A stretch of 64,000 nucleotides of DNA. It comes from Bacillota bacterium (GTDB lineage Bacteria; Bacillota; Sulfobacillia; Sulfobacillales; JAIMBI01). Below, piece by piece: positions 1 through 9,669 of this stretch. Numbering within the stretch: position 1 is the stretch's first letter; each line of letters begins with the position of its first letter. The notes below the pieces were generated by a model, which saw only the letters and a list, made by a program, of their open reading frames with translations, made no database searches and was not told where the DNA came from. The position numbers were made by a program, and so were the translations under genes. The stretch is taken from NCBI GenBank assembly GCA_021846505.1, contig JAJZWV010000001.1, positions 37,291-101,290 of the forward strand. Direction: 5' to 3'.

Positions 1-531
1 GCAAACGAAAACATGAAGCTCATCGCCGGTGCCACGTTGGCTAAGGATGAGGCAACAACTTCTGAGGAACTCAGTGCCCCCTGAGTTAAACGGGGAGTTG
101 GGCGAGCTGAACCCACTCTATTTGCCGACATCGCTCTAAGGCTCCTTTATCAACGACAACTGACCTCAAGTGTTTGAGATCGCACTTTCGCCACCAACAG
201 ATACGCACCTGTTTCCTGACCGAGCACACGATCCCATCGCAGCGTTTCACCCTAATGTTTGGCAAATCTTTTGGGAAGTCCCCACGCCTGCATTCTCAAA
301 CCGCGGTAAGCGGATGTCAACCATTTTTACGAAACGTTCACATGCCAGCCTCGAAGCCTGCAGCGCGGCGACGCCCGACGCAGCCGGACCCGCTCACCCG
401 TGTCTGCCGGCGAGGCACTCGCGCGCCCATCGGGACGGCTCGCTGCGCATCGGGTAAGGCCCGCCTGCCGCCGCCCGACACCTGGAGGCCGTGGGCCGCG
501 TTACACTAAGGGAGCTCAAGGAGGTCGTCTT

Positions 532-1263
532 ATGCAGGTGCGAAGGACTGCAGCGGGAGCCGTGGCCGCAGCCATGGCCCTGCTGCTGGCTGGCTGTGGC
601 AGCCAGGGGGGTGCCGTTGCCGGGCCGGCCCAGTGGGGCCCACAGCTGGAAGGCACCATCACGGCCATAAAGCCCGGCGCGGCCACGCGAGTGACGCTGT
701 CGGATGTGCAGGAAGCGCTGACCACGGACGGCGCATTTCACCACTATGCCTCGATGACCATCACCATCGGGCCGGGCCAGTGGGTGGGCCCGAAGCACTG
801 GCAGGCCACCCACGACGCGATGGATTTGTTTATAGGCGAATCCATTGCGGCTTCCCCCCAGCATCTGGCGCGCACCATCGCGGGCCAGCCCGATGGGTTC
901 TCCGGCATTATCCGCCGCATTCAGGGCAACCGGGTGACACTCCAGCGCGCTGAATTCGTGGGAGACAACCACAGCGGCCGCCCCATCGAGCGTCTCCTGC
1001 CCGTGCTGACCACATTTCGCATCGCGCCGTATACGCTGCTGTCCTGGGAAGGAGCCAGCCAGCCCCCCTTTCCCGCTAGCCAGCTGCAGGTGGGGCAATA
1101 TATCGACGGGCTGTGGGAGGGAGCGGTTTCCCACCCGATTGCCGACCAGTGGACCATCTTCCCCTCGGCGTCGGCGTGGGGATCGCTGGAGTCGCCCCAC
1201 TACACGCACCTGTCCCTTCAGCCCCCGCCCGCCTCGCCATCGGGCGGAGCCGCGCCCTGGTAG
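532..1263 (+). CDS. putative lipoprotein (hypothetical)
   Basis: Internal ATG at 532 of track ORF 400..1263, preceded by GGAGCTCAAGGAGG. The N-terminus MQVRRTAAGAVAAAMALLLAGCGS is a signal peptide plus lipobox. No family recognised. Confidence 0.5.
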   Translation: MQVRRTAAGAVAAAMALLLAGCGSQGGAVAGPAQWGPQLEGTITAIKPGAATRVTLSDVQEALTTDGAFHHYASMTITIGPGQWVGPKHWQATHDAMDLFIGESIAASPQHLARTIAGQPDGFSGIIRRIQGNRVTLQRAEFVGDNHSGRPIERLLPVLTTFRIAPYTLLSWEGASQPPFPASQLQVGQYIDGLWEGAVSHPIADQWTIFPSASAWGSLESPHYTHLSLQPPPASPSGGAAPW

Positions 1264-1377
1264 CGCCCCGCCGCCCTTCACCGACCGGCTGACATGACAG
1301 CATGCTGCCTCAATTCGCGATAGACTGGGCTGGCTCGAGCACGCAGCCGGTCCGACATTGAAGAGGGAGGAAATCCC

Positions 1378-1800
1378 ATGCAGCCCTCGCTGATTCCAGG
1401 CCTGGAAGGGTCGGTCTCGCTTCAGGTCCCAGAGTCCAAGCTGGTGCCAGCCCTGTACCCGGAGTCCGAAGCGTTTCAGGAGATGCCGCCGGTGTTTGCG
1501 ACCGGGTTCCTGGTGGGGCTCATGGAGTGGGCCTGCCTGGCTGCGGTGAACGCCCATCTCGACTGGCCGCGGGAGCAAACTGTCGGCACGCACATCCACG
1601 TGAGCCATGAAGCGCCGACGCCGCCAGGGCTGGTGGTGACGGCCACGGCGCGCCTCACGGCCGTCGCCGGCCGGCGGCTCACTTTCGAGGTGGAGGCCCA
1701 CGATGGCATCGATGTCATCGGCCGCGGCACCCATGAGCGCTTTGTGATTGACCGGGACCGCTTCCAAGCCCGAGCCGCTCGCAAGGCGCCCAGCCCGTAG
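1378..1800 (+). CDS. hotdog-fold thioesterase family protein
   Basis: 140 aa ORF with RBS GAGGGAGG upstream. The pattern FATGFLVGLMEWAC...GTHIHVSHEAPTPPG...GTHERFVID is typical of small hotdog thioesterases. Confidence 0.65.
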   Translation: MQPSLIPGLEGSVSLQVPESKLVPALYPESEAFQEMPPVFATGFLVGLMEWACLAAVNAHLDWPREQTVGTHIHVSHEAPTPPGLVVTATARLTAVAGRRLTFEVEAHDGIDVIGRGTHERFVIDRDRFQARAARKAPSP

Positions 1801-1929
1801 AGAAGCGAAGGTCCCAAAAACTTGCCGGCGGTCGGCCTACGCTGGCGCTATTCAAACGGCCTGGCGGCTGACTCACGCCAACAGCTAGGAGGCAAGCGAC
1901 GAGCAGCGCGCGCCCGCATTGGGCCCAGA

Positions 1930-2306
1930 CATCTCCTGCGGCCCTGGCCGCGATGCGGCAGCTGCAGCAGCACGTGAATGAGAGCGGGCTGGAGCCGAGT
2001 CTAATCCCCCTGGCGGACGTGCGGGTGTCGCACATCAATGGGTGCGCGTACTAACTGGACCTGCACACGCGGGCGGCCCGTGAGCCCGGCGAGTCAGAGG
2101 CGCGGCTCTAGGGGCTGTCCGCCTGGCAGGAAGCCCCGCTTTACTCGGAGCGCGAGCGAGCGGCACGTGCCCGACTCCGTGTTTCGGCTGGCGTCTCAGC
2201 ACTTCAGCGGGCAGGAGCTGGTGTGCTGACCATGGCCATCATCGCGATAAACGCCTCGCGTCCGCTGGGAATCGCCTTTCGCACCCCCGTGAGCGGCCCG
2301 CGCTAA
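1930..2306 (+). pseudogene. AhpD-like carboxymuconolactone decarboxylase family pseudogene
   Basis: Translation ...VRVSHINGCAY*LDLHTRAAR..EARL*GLSAWQEAPLYSERERAA... then ...LTMAIIAINA.. matches the AhpD-core family. In-frame TAA at 2052-2054 and TAG at 2109-2111. HVPDSVFRLASQHFSGQELV lies in a second frame (frameshift). Confidence 0.7.
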
Positions 2307-2600
2307 CTCCCCACAGCGCCTGCCGCTTGGCAATCATCCCCGCTTCCACCCGGTTGTTGGCGTGCAGGCGGCGCACAATGTCATTAACCCGGGCCCTCAC
2401 AGTGGTTTCCGACGGCTGCTAGCACTTCGAAAGCACGTGACGCCACTGGCACGTCGTCCACGCCGGGCAAACGACCGCCCAATTCAAATCGCTGCCGAAG
2501 CAGACTGCCGGTCCGCCTCCAATTGCCGAGCACGCATCGCCTTCGCCCACGCTGCCGCGTCCATCGGAGTCCCCCTCGTTGGCGTCCAATAGTCCAAGGT
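2300..2600 (-). pseudogene. LuxR-family HTH regulator remnant
   Basis: The minus strand reads ..ASRAFEVLAAV.. in one frame and SETTVRARVNDIVRRLHANNRVEAGMIAKRQAL in another. These are the two halves of a LuxR-type HTH separated by a deletion/frameshift. No intact ORF. Confidence 0.4.
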
Positions 2601-2742
2601 CTAGTGTTCACGCCATCCGTTCGTCAGGGGTGGCTCGGCCAAAAGCCAGGATGGGATTCTTAGCGGAATCTCGCGGTAGCAACGGATGACTTGCCCCGTC
2701 GACGAGAAGCCATTCCGCACGTGTCAACCAACGACGCTTTAA

Positions 2743-3246
2743 GTGGACGAGGGCCTACTCGACACGAATGTGTTTTTGCACGCCCAGGCGCACGATGCCC
2801 ACACAGAAGTGTGTAGGCGGCTTTTGCACGCGATAGCAGCGGGAGACAGGGCCGCCTGGATCGACCCGATGGTGCTGCACGAACTTACGTACGTTTTGCC
2901 TCGGTATGTTAAAGGCATGCCGCGCTGCGCTGTTTCCCTTTACGTCCGCACCGTTCTGAGCTGGCCCGGCATCCGAATGGAGGACAAGCCATTTTGGACA
3001 TCCGTTTTGGACACTTGGGACGGAGATCCTCAGTTGAATTGGACGGACGCCGTACTGGTTGAGCGGTCCCGGCAGACCGGTGGAGGTATATGGACCCAGA
3101 ACGTCCGCGATTTCGAGCGGCATGGGTTCCCGCGCTTCGGTGGCCGTGACGCGGTCGCACCGACACCACTCACCTTGCCATCACACCCCATCGCCTACAT
3201 CGCTGAGCGACAGCCCGTCCTCCCCGTCGGCACCCGGACGCCTTAG
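2743..3246 (+). CDS. PIN-domain protein (VapC-like toxin)
   Basis: GTG start. N-terminus MDEGLLDTNVFLHAQAHD carries the LDTNV acidic motif, with later conserved ..WTDAVLVERSRQ.. . No intact antitoxin ORF is visible directly upstream. Confidence 0.7.
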   Translation: MDEGLLDTNVFLHAQAHDAHTEVCRRLLHAIAAGDRAAWIDPMVLHELTYVLPRYVKGMPRCAVSLYVRTVLSWPGIRMEDKPFWTSVLDTWDGDPQLNWTDAVLVERSRQTGGGIWTQNVRDFERHGFPRFGGRDAVAPTPLTLPSHPIAYIAERQPVLPVGTRTP

Positions 3247-3257
3247 GAGGAACCCTT

Positions 3258-4341
3258 ATGTCGAGTCCCATTAAATCAAAGCCCTTGGTCGCCATCCTGG
3301 AGGAGTCGGACCGCGAAGATCCCGGCCTGTCCCGCAAAGGCCGCAGGTGCCGTGGGTCGCTGGTGCAGGCCGCGCGGCGCCGCGGCGCGGACGCCGACGC
3401 CGTGATGTATGACGACAGTCTGGCCGAGGCCGCAGAGAAGCAGCTCGCGGCCAGTGACGCCGTGCTGGTGTTTGTCAACCCGGTGCACAGCGGGAGCGGC
3501 CGCTCGGTGCTGAATCCCATGCGGGCGCGGGTGGCCGCGGCGGGCACGCTGGCCAGTGCGCACCCCGCCGTCATCGCCAAAATGGGCACCAAACCAATGC
3601 TGGTGGACACTAGGAGCAAGGCTGGTCCGCGCGCGACACATTCGTATACGACAACATGGAGCGCCTTCACCGGGAGTTTCCCGCGCGCCTGCCCGCCTCC
3701 TCCCGCATGCTAGAGCAGGTGCACGGCAACGGCGGCGGCAGCGCGCGATTCACGGCGCGAGCGCCCCACCCGGCCGCGGACCCCGGGGTGCACGTGCTGC
3801 GCGCCTCCCACCGCGACATCGAACGCTTGCCGCTCTCGGCTTGGCTGGAGCGCTGCGCCACGCTGCTCGCCGCTGGCGGCGGCCTGGTGGGCCAGCCGTA
3901 TCTCAGGCCCAGTCCCGAAGGCATGGTGCGCGGCTATCTGGCTGGCCACCGTGTGGCCGGCTTTGGCCACCAGCAGGTGGGACCCTCACCAGCGGGCCGG
4001 GCGAAGTGCCGATGACCTCCACCCCCCGGCTCTACTCGGACCCAGAGGATGGCCGCTTCCAGTCACTGCGCCGCCTGATGGAAGACGAGTGGGTGCCCGC
4101 GCTGCTGCGCACGCTCGCGCTGTCACCTGACCGGCTGCCCGCCATTTGGGATGCCGACTTTTTCTGGTGGCCCGCGCCCGAGGACGCCGGCCAGGCCGAG
4201 GTCGACAAGCCCGCACACGCGTCCCGCTCACCGTTCACCTTGTGCGAAATCAATGCAAGCGCCGTGCACCCCTATCCCGACACGGCTCCCGAGACCATGA
4301 TCGACCCCGTGCGGGCGCGGCTCGCCCGCCGCCCCACCTAA
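3258..4341 (+). pseudogene. frameshifted conserved protein (ATP-grasp-like, resembles the Cj0069-type family)
   Basis: One protein is spread over three frames. Frame 0 runs 3258 to about 3615 (..MGTKPMLVDTRSK). Frame 2 runs about 3620-3975 (..DTFVYDNMERLHREF..LEQVHGNGGG..EGMVRGYLAGHRVAGFGHQ). Frame 1 runs about 3980-4341 (..PRLYSDPEDGRFQSLRRLMEDEWVPALL..IWDADFF..LCEINASAVHPYP). At least 2 frameshifts. The family name is from memory only. Confidence 0.45.
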
Positions 4342-4799
4342 TGGCAGGCGGCCGACGCGATCAGGGGCGCTGGTTCGCCGCCGAGGCACCGCCCGCGCCG
4401 CCGACCCGGGCACTGGTGGTGCGGGCGCCCTGGGCCGGCATGCTGGTGCGCGGCGACAAGACGTGGGAAATCCGGGGCGCGGCCACCCATGTCCGCGGGC
4501 CGATTGCCATCGCCTAGGGCGGCACCGGCCTCATTGTCGGCACGGCGGTGCTGTCTGACTGCCTGGGCCCGCTCACGATGGACCAGTACCGGGAAGCTTG
4601 GCGGCCGCGCGGCGGTGGCGACCACCCCGGGGCCCCCTCACCGTATCCCCTCACGTTCGCCTGGGTGATGACTCACCCCAGCGCGCTCCGGATGCCCATC
4701 CCCTACTCGCATCCCAGCGGCGCGGTGATTTGGGTCAAGCTGTCCGAGGCCACCCGGTCGCGCCTAACCCCGAGCGACACCACTGAGCCACCGCACTAG
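4341..4799 (+). pseudogene. ASCH-domain protein interrupted by one in-frame TAG
   Basis: Track ORFs 4146..4517 and 4548..4799 are in the same frame. They read ..ALVVRAPWAGMLVRGDKTWEIRGAATHVRGPIAIA*GGTGLIVGTAVLSDCLGPL.. with TAG at 4515-4517. The ATG at 4341 overlaps the upstream stop (TAATG). Confidence 0.6.
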
Positions 4800-5336
4800 C
4801 GCACCAGCAGCAGCGGCACTGCGACCGCCATCGCCTCCAGGGCGTTGTGGAGAATGACGGCGCCCCACAAGTTGACGGAGGTGTCATACCGGCAGCCCAG
4901 CACCAGCCCGACGGCGGTGGCAAACACCACCTGCTCCAGCGCGGCGCTCACCGGCTGATGCGTGAGGTTCACCAAGTGGCTCACCCCAAAGCCGATCGAC
5001 GCCAGCACGGTGCCCAGGCGGAGCCCCTTTCGGCGCGGCGGGCTCAGGACGGCGTTGAGCGCGGGTTGAATCAGCCCGCGCCACAGGAGGTCCTCCGCCA
5101 ACCCCACCACGATGGCCTGGAAGGGCACCAGTAAGACGAGGCCGCCAGCGGATCGTGCCGGGAAGAAGCTGGGGCCTCAAGAGGTTGGCCACCAGCGCCA
5201 ATCCGCCCGCGGCCAGCCAGGTCGGCCACCAGCGGGCGAGCCCGCAACGATCCAGCCGCCCAATGGGAAACCGCTTTTCTGCGCCTCCCGCCACGGGAGC
5301 ACCACCGAGAACAATCAGGCATGCGACAGCACCCAC
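4796..5336 (-). pseudogene. CPBP-family intramembrane metalloprotease, apparently frameshifted
   Basis: The C-terminal 110 aa (4796..5128) carry GLAEDLLWRG (EExxxR-like) and FGVSH motifs. The N-terminal TM segments (MGAVACLIVLGG..WWPTWLAAGGLALVANLL) lie in another frame (track ORF 4884..5336). A TGA blocks the catalytic frame just upstream of 5128. Confidence 0.55.
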
Positions 5337-5517
5337 GGCCCCACCGCATCAGTCCACCGCCAGGGCGGGACGACCACACCGGTGGCCGGAGTCACCCTTC
5401 CCTCGTGACAGAGCCGGCAACCTTTTGCCGACGCAGATCCTCATACGGCTCCTGGGCTGGGTATGGCTGGCGGCGGATAGAGATTTAGCGATGGCTGGGC
5501 GGCGCGCCGCCACCGGA

Positions 5518-5757
5518 TCACTGCACGTCAGAGGGATTGGCCACTTCTCCCGTCGAAGAGTTCAGCACCAGAGCCGTCCTCGCCATGCCGGCAATCAGGA
5601 AAATGTCCGCGAACAGGCACACCCACAGCGGAATCAGCAAAAGCCCTCGCAGGCCCATGACCGCAAACTGCGCCATCACGAGCTGCACCACCCCGCTGCC
5701 GATGCGGCCCAGATAGAAGCGGCGAACGCCCAGCTGCCCCAGGAAAAGCCACAGCAC
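5518..5757 (-). CDS. TM2 domain-containing membrane protein
   Basis: 79 aa. LFLGQLGVRRFYLGRIGSGVVQL matches the TM2 GxxGxHRFYLG-type motif. Two hydrophobic helices. Confidence 0.6.
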   Translation of the reverse strand: MLWLFLGQLGVRRFYLGRIGSGVVQLVMAQFAVMGLRGLLLIPLWVCLFADIFLIAGMARTALVLNSSTGEVANPSDVQ

Positions 5758-5812
5758 GCGCTCTAATAGGGCGCTATTCTCCTCGTCTTGGCCGATGTGT
5801 CACAGTCACTCG

Positions 5813-6517
5813 TCAATACGGGCGCCGGGCCATGGCCTGGGCCGCAAACTGCGCCAGCCCCTGCACGTCGAAAATCGGCACGGGCAGCACCTCCTGCACC
5901 GCATGCGCAAAGGGCGCCATGTTGGTGCACTCCAACACCAGCGCCGACAGGTGGGGCGCGCGCCCCGCGAGCTTTTCGGCCGCACGCACCACGTCGGCCT
6001 GCATCTCCTCGGGGTCAAACCGGTCGCGATTCTCGAAGTACACGCGGGCAAACATCGACGAGGGGTCGATGCCTTGAACCACCACGGGGTCCTCGCGCGA
6101 CCATCCCGCATCCCGCACGTAGCCGTCATCCAGCGCCGCCTCGTCGATTGTCAAAACCCCCACGGGGTCGCCGTAAAGCATGCGCAGCCACGGCACCTGC
6201 AGCAGCGACGACGACAGAAACGGCAGTGGGCCCTCGTCGCGCATCTCGCGATGCACCCGGGCGAAAAAGCCGCAGCCGCCGACTGCGACCCGTGCGCCGC
6301 GGCGCGCCAAGCGCTCTAAGCTTTCGCGAACCAGCGGGGCGATGCCGTCATCAAAATGATGGATCAAGCGGTCGGCGGTCAGGCCCGGCACCACCTCAAA
6401 CTGCACCGGCGTCTCATAGGTGCGAGCATGCCCCACGTCTCCGGGCAGGCGCGGGTAGCGCGCGTCCAGCAGCAGCACGCCCAGCGGCTGCCCGTAAAAT
6501 GCCTGGCCCCCAATCAC
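5813..6517 (-). CDS. Asp/Glu/hydantoin racemase-family protein
   Basis: 234 aa. Contains ..GGCGFFA.. and ..LVLECTNMAPFA.., the paired Cys-containing half-sites typical of this racemase/decarboxylase fold. Last gene of a minus-strand operon. Confidence 0.65.
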   Translation of the reverse strand: MIGGQAFYGQPLGVLLLDARYPRLPGDVGHARTYETPVQFEVVPGLTADRLIHHFDDGIAPLVRESLERLARRGARVAVGGCGFFARVHREMRDEGPLPFLSSSLLQVPWLRMLYGDPVGVLTIDEAALDDGYVRDAGWSREDPVVVQGIDPSSMFARVYFENRDRFDPEEMQADVVRAAEKLAGRAPHLSALVLECTNMAPFAHAVQEVLPVPIFDVQGLAQFAAQAMARRPY

Positions 6518-6566
6518 TGGTTGCCACTTCCTTTCGCAGTCGGGTGCGCTGAGTCAGCGCCCCCGT

Positions 6567-8282
6567 TCAATAGACCGGGCGGCCCGCCGCGCCCACGAGC
6601 GCGGCCGCCCAAGGCGCCACCGGCGGCAGGTAGTCAAACTCCTCCGGCACCGGCACGTCCAGAAACAGCGGAACCCGGCCTTCCTCGGCTTCGGCCACCG
6701 CACGCCGCACCGCGTCCAGCGTCGCCGCCCGCTCCGCCGCGAGCCCAAACCCCTCGGCGATTTTCACAGCGTCCAGCGGCTTTAAGTCCACCCCGAAATA
6801 GCGCCGGTCGAGATAAAAGTGCTGCAGCGCCTTGATCCACCCCAGCGACCCATTGGAAAGATGCAGGATCAGGATGGGCAGGTGGAGCCGTGCGATGGTG
6901 TCCAGCTCCCCACACGCCATCCCGAAGCTCCCGTCAGTGGTCAGCGCAATGACGGGGCGATCGGGCTCGGCCAGCGCCAGGCCCACCGCGGCCGGCAGCG
7001 CAAAGCCCATGGCTCCGTGGCCTCGGGGCAGAATCACTTCGCGCCTCCCGCCGCCCGTGGCCCAATACGCCGCCAGGTACGGCGTGGGGGTGCCCGCGTC
7101 GCCCACCACCACGGCGTGCGACGCATACTGCTGGTGCAAAAGGTCCACCAGGTCGCGCGGGGACAGGCCCACCCGGGGCGGCATCTCCCGCTGGCCCTCA
7201 AACCGCGCGCGCTCTGCCAGAATCCAGCGCTCGGTGGCGGCGCGGCGCTCCGCACTCACCGGGGCCGCACGCCGGCAAAGCTCGTCCAGCACGCGGGTGG
7301 CATCAGCGGCCAGGGCGTGGGAGCCAGGATAATTGCGGCCCGCGCGATCGGGATCAATGTCCACATGAAACACCTGGCACCCCTGCCGAGGGGGGCTGGA
7401 AAACCCATTCGTGTCGGTGGAGTTGGCGCGCGTGCCGACCATGAGCACCACCTCGGCCTCGGCCAGGAATTGGTTGGCATAGTCCCGAGCGCCGTTCGCG
7501 CCCACCACTCCCAGGCTCAGCGGGTGGGCTTCCGGAAAGGCGCCTTTGCCATGAATGGTGGTGGCCACGGCCGCCCCGGTGCGCTCGGCCAATCGGCGGA
7601 CCGCTCCATACGCCCCGCTGAGGTGGATGCCTGATCCCAGCAGCAGGGCGGGCCGGCGTGCGGCCCCGAGTGCTGAGGCCGCGGCCGCCAGAAAGCGCTC
7701 CTCCTCCACACCGATGGGAGATGGCTGCGCCGCCGATCCAAGCCGGGTGGGCGCCCAATCCGCACGCCCCACCTCATCCAGCACATCCTCGGGAATGATG
7801 AGGCTCACCGGGCCGGGGCGCCCCGCGTGCGCCAGCTGCACCGCGTCCTCGACGCGCTGCGCCATATCGCCGGCCTCCTCCACGACCCACTGGGCCTTGG
7901 TTACCGCGGAGAAAAGCTTCTGCTGGTCCACTTCGGTGATGGCCGAGGTCCCGCGGCTGGACCGGTGAATGTCCGACGTAATCACCAGCATCGGCACCGA
8001 GGCGGCCCAAGGCTCACCCAGGCCCCCCACCAAAAACGTGGCCCCGCCTCCGCTGGAGGCTTCCACCACGCCCACCTGGTTGGTCGCGCGGGCGTAGGCA
8101 TCCGCCATGCTGGCGGCCGCGCGCTCGTCGCGGGCCAGCACGTGGGTGATTTGCCCGGCGCGGCGCTCGAGGGCATCGTACAGGGCCACCCCGGTGTCCC
8201 CGGGAAAGCCAAACACCACCCGCACGCCCGCGTGAATCAGGGCCTCCACCAAAATGTCTGCGCCCGAACCTTCAAAAGACAT
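6567..8282 (-). CDS. thiamine-pyrophosphate-dependent enzyme (acetolactate synthase large-subunit-like)
   Basis: Start taken at MSFEGSGADILVEALIHAGVRVVFGFPGD, the classic TPP-enzyme N-terminus. C-terminal TPP-binding motif GDAG..PTPY...TTDGSFGM. Confidence 0.85.
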   Translation of the reverse strand: MSFEGSGADILVEALIHAGVRVVFGFPGDTGVALYDALERRAGQITHVLARDERAAASMADAYARATNQVGVVEASSGGGATFLVGGLGEPWAASVPMLVITSDIHRSSRGTSAITEVDQQKLFSAVTKAQWVVEEAGDMAQRVEDAVQLAHAGRPGPVSLIIPEDVLDEVGRADWAPTRLGSAAQPSPIGVEEERFLAAAASALGAARRPALLLGSGIHLSGAYGAVRRLAERTGAAVATTIHGKGAFPEAHPLSLGVVGANGARDYANQFLAEAEVVLMVGTRANSTDTNGFSSPPRQGCQVFHVDIDPDRAGRNYPGSHALAADATRVLDELCRRAAPVSAERRAATERWILAERARFEGQREMPPRVGLSPRDLVDLLHQQYASHAVVVGDAGTPTPYLAAYWATGGGRREVILPRGHGAMGFALPAAVGLALAEPDRPVIALTTDGSFGMACGELDTIARLHLPILILHLSNGSLGWIKALQHFYLDRRYFGVDLKPLDAVKIAEGFGLAAERAATLDAVRRAVAEAEEGRVPLFLDVPVPEEFDYLPPVAPWAAALVGAAGRPVY

Positions 8283-9423
8283 ACTGCTCCTCCTTCGCAC
8301 GCGCCTGTCCCTGAAAGCGGCCTGGGTCGAGAGCCGCCATGTCGACGGGCGGCGCGGCACCGGCAATAAGGGCGGCCATCACCAAGCCCACGGCCGGCGC
8401 CTGCATAAATCCATGTCCGCTGAATCCGGCTGCGATAAATAGGCCCGGATGGCCCGGGACGGGCCCCACCAGCCCGTGATCGTCGGGGGTCATTTCGCGC
8501 AGCCCAGCCCAGGTCTGCACAATCGGGGCGGCTTGCAACAGCGGCCAGCGGTGCATCAGGGGATCCGCCAGCCGCACCACATCAGCCGGCTGGGGCACCT
8601 CATCGAAGCCGGGAGCGACGTGGCGATCCCCCCCGCCAAACACCACGGCCGCCCCATCGCTGTGGCAGTACAGCCCCGTGTCCAAGTCGACCGCCAGTGG
8701 AATCACGGGTGGCCACTCTGCGACCGGCCCCGTGCGATACACCTGCCGGCGGTGGGGCGCGATGGGCGCCAGGAATCCCAGCGGCTCCATCAGGGGGGCG
8801 GTCCAAGCGCCGGTGGCCACCACCACCACCTCGCCGAAGAGGCGGCGGCCACTCGCCGTACCCACGCCCACGGCTTCGCCTGCGCCATTCAGCTCGATGG
8901 CGCGCACATCCTCGCCTTCGTGGATGGCCACCCCGGCCCGGCGGCACGCCGACTCCAGGGCGGCGGCGGCCGCGCCTGGGTCCCCCAAGCCGTCGGACTC
9001 GGTGAAGGTGCCCACGGCCAAATCTTCCGTGGTCATGTGCGGCACCAGCCCTGCCATCTCGGCAGGTTCCACCACCGATACGTCGACGCCCCAGCGCCGC
9101 TGCCGCTCGGCGCCGCGCCGCAGCACCTCCGCCTGATCCGCGCGAGCCGAAAAAAAGAGATACCCGATGCGCTGAAAGCGCGGATCGCCGCCATAGATGT
9201 CCTGCCAGTGGGCGAAGCGCTCGCGCCCCAAAAGCGCCAGCTGCACATTGGCCTCGGTGGAAAACTGCGTGCGAATGCCGCCGGTGGCCTTGGCCGTGGT
9301 GCCCGCCCCCACCCGGTGGCGCTCCACGACCGCTACCTGCCACCCGCCCATCTGCGCAAGTTCGAAGGCGATGGCGAGCCCGATAATCCCGCCCCCGATA
9401 ATGACTGCGTGCCGATCCTGCAT
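8272..9423 (-). CDS. FAD-dependent oxidoreductase (DAO family, glycine/sarcosine-oxidase-like)
   Basis: N-terminal dinucleotide fold VIIGGGIIGLAIAFELA. 383 aa. Overlaps the downstream TPP-enzyme start. Confidence 0.85.
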   Translation of the reverse strand: MQDRHAVIIGGGIIGLAIAFELAQMGGWQVAVVERHRVGAGTTAKATGGIRTQFSTEANVQLALLGRERFAHWQDIYGGDPRFQRIGYLFFSARADQAEVLRRGAERQRRWGVDVSVVEPAEMAGLVPHMTTEDLAVGTFTESDGLGDPGAAAAALESACRRAGVAIHEGEDVRAIELNGAGEAVGVGTASGRRLFGEVVVVATGAWTAPLMEPLGFLAPIAPHRRQVYRTGPVAEWPPVIPLAVDLDTGLYCHSDGAAVVFGGGDRHVAPGFDEVPQPADVVRLADPLMHRWPLLQAAPIVQTWAGLREMTPDDHGLVGPVPGHPGLFIAAGFSGHGFMQAPAVGLVMAALIAGAAPPVDMAALDPGRFQGQARAKEEQYVF

Positions 9424-9669
9424 CCCCGCCCCCCTGCCTTCAGTTCGCGTTCCTCACGATGAACTAGAACCGTGAGCTGCTACCCACCTTGCTCCTTCCG
9501 CGATCAAGCGCTCCCGTGCGAAAGCGGACCTTGATTCGGGGCACTTCCGGGTTTTCCTGCTGTGCCGAGCAGGAAATATGTACGAGCGGCCGCCGTTGAA
9601 CCTTGCGCCTCGCGCGGGGGCACGCAGGTGCCCCCGCCTCGCGGGTCGCTCGCGAGCGGCCGCCGCACC

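Noticed and set aside
1-84. A possible 3' end of a gene entering the window (..MKLIAGATLAKDEATTSEELSAP stop at 84).
   Set aside because: Too short, and no recognisable family, so it is not reported as a feature.
394-1767. Long shadow ORFs opposite well-supported genes. Examples: 394..1767 (-), 10243..11418 (+), 15548..16750 (-), 21464..23023 (-), 23045..24460 (-), 27289..28452 (+), 49730..51355 (+), 60799..62025 (+), 62022..62960 (+).
   Set aside because: Each lies antisense to a gene with clear family motifs. Their compositions are Arg/Gly/Pro/Ala-rich and low in complexity, as is typical of antisense frames in high-GC DNA.
9424-9669. Several GC hairpins between the permease and the oxidoreductase genes, as a possible riboswitch.
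   Set aside because: I could not match any riboswitch consensus (for example glycine). They are more likely intra-operon stem-loops or attenuators, and cannot be judged without covariance models.
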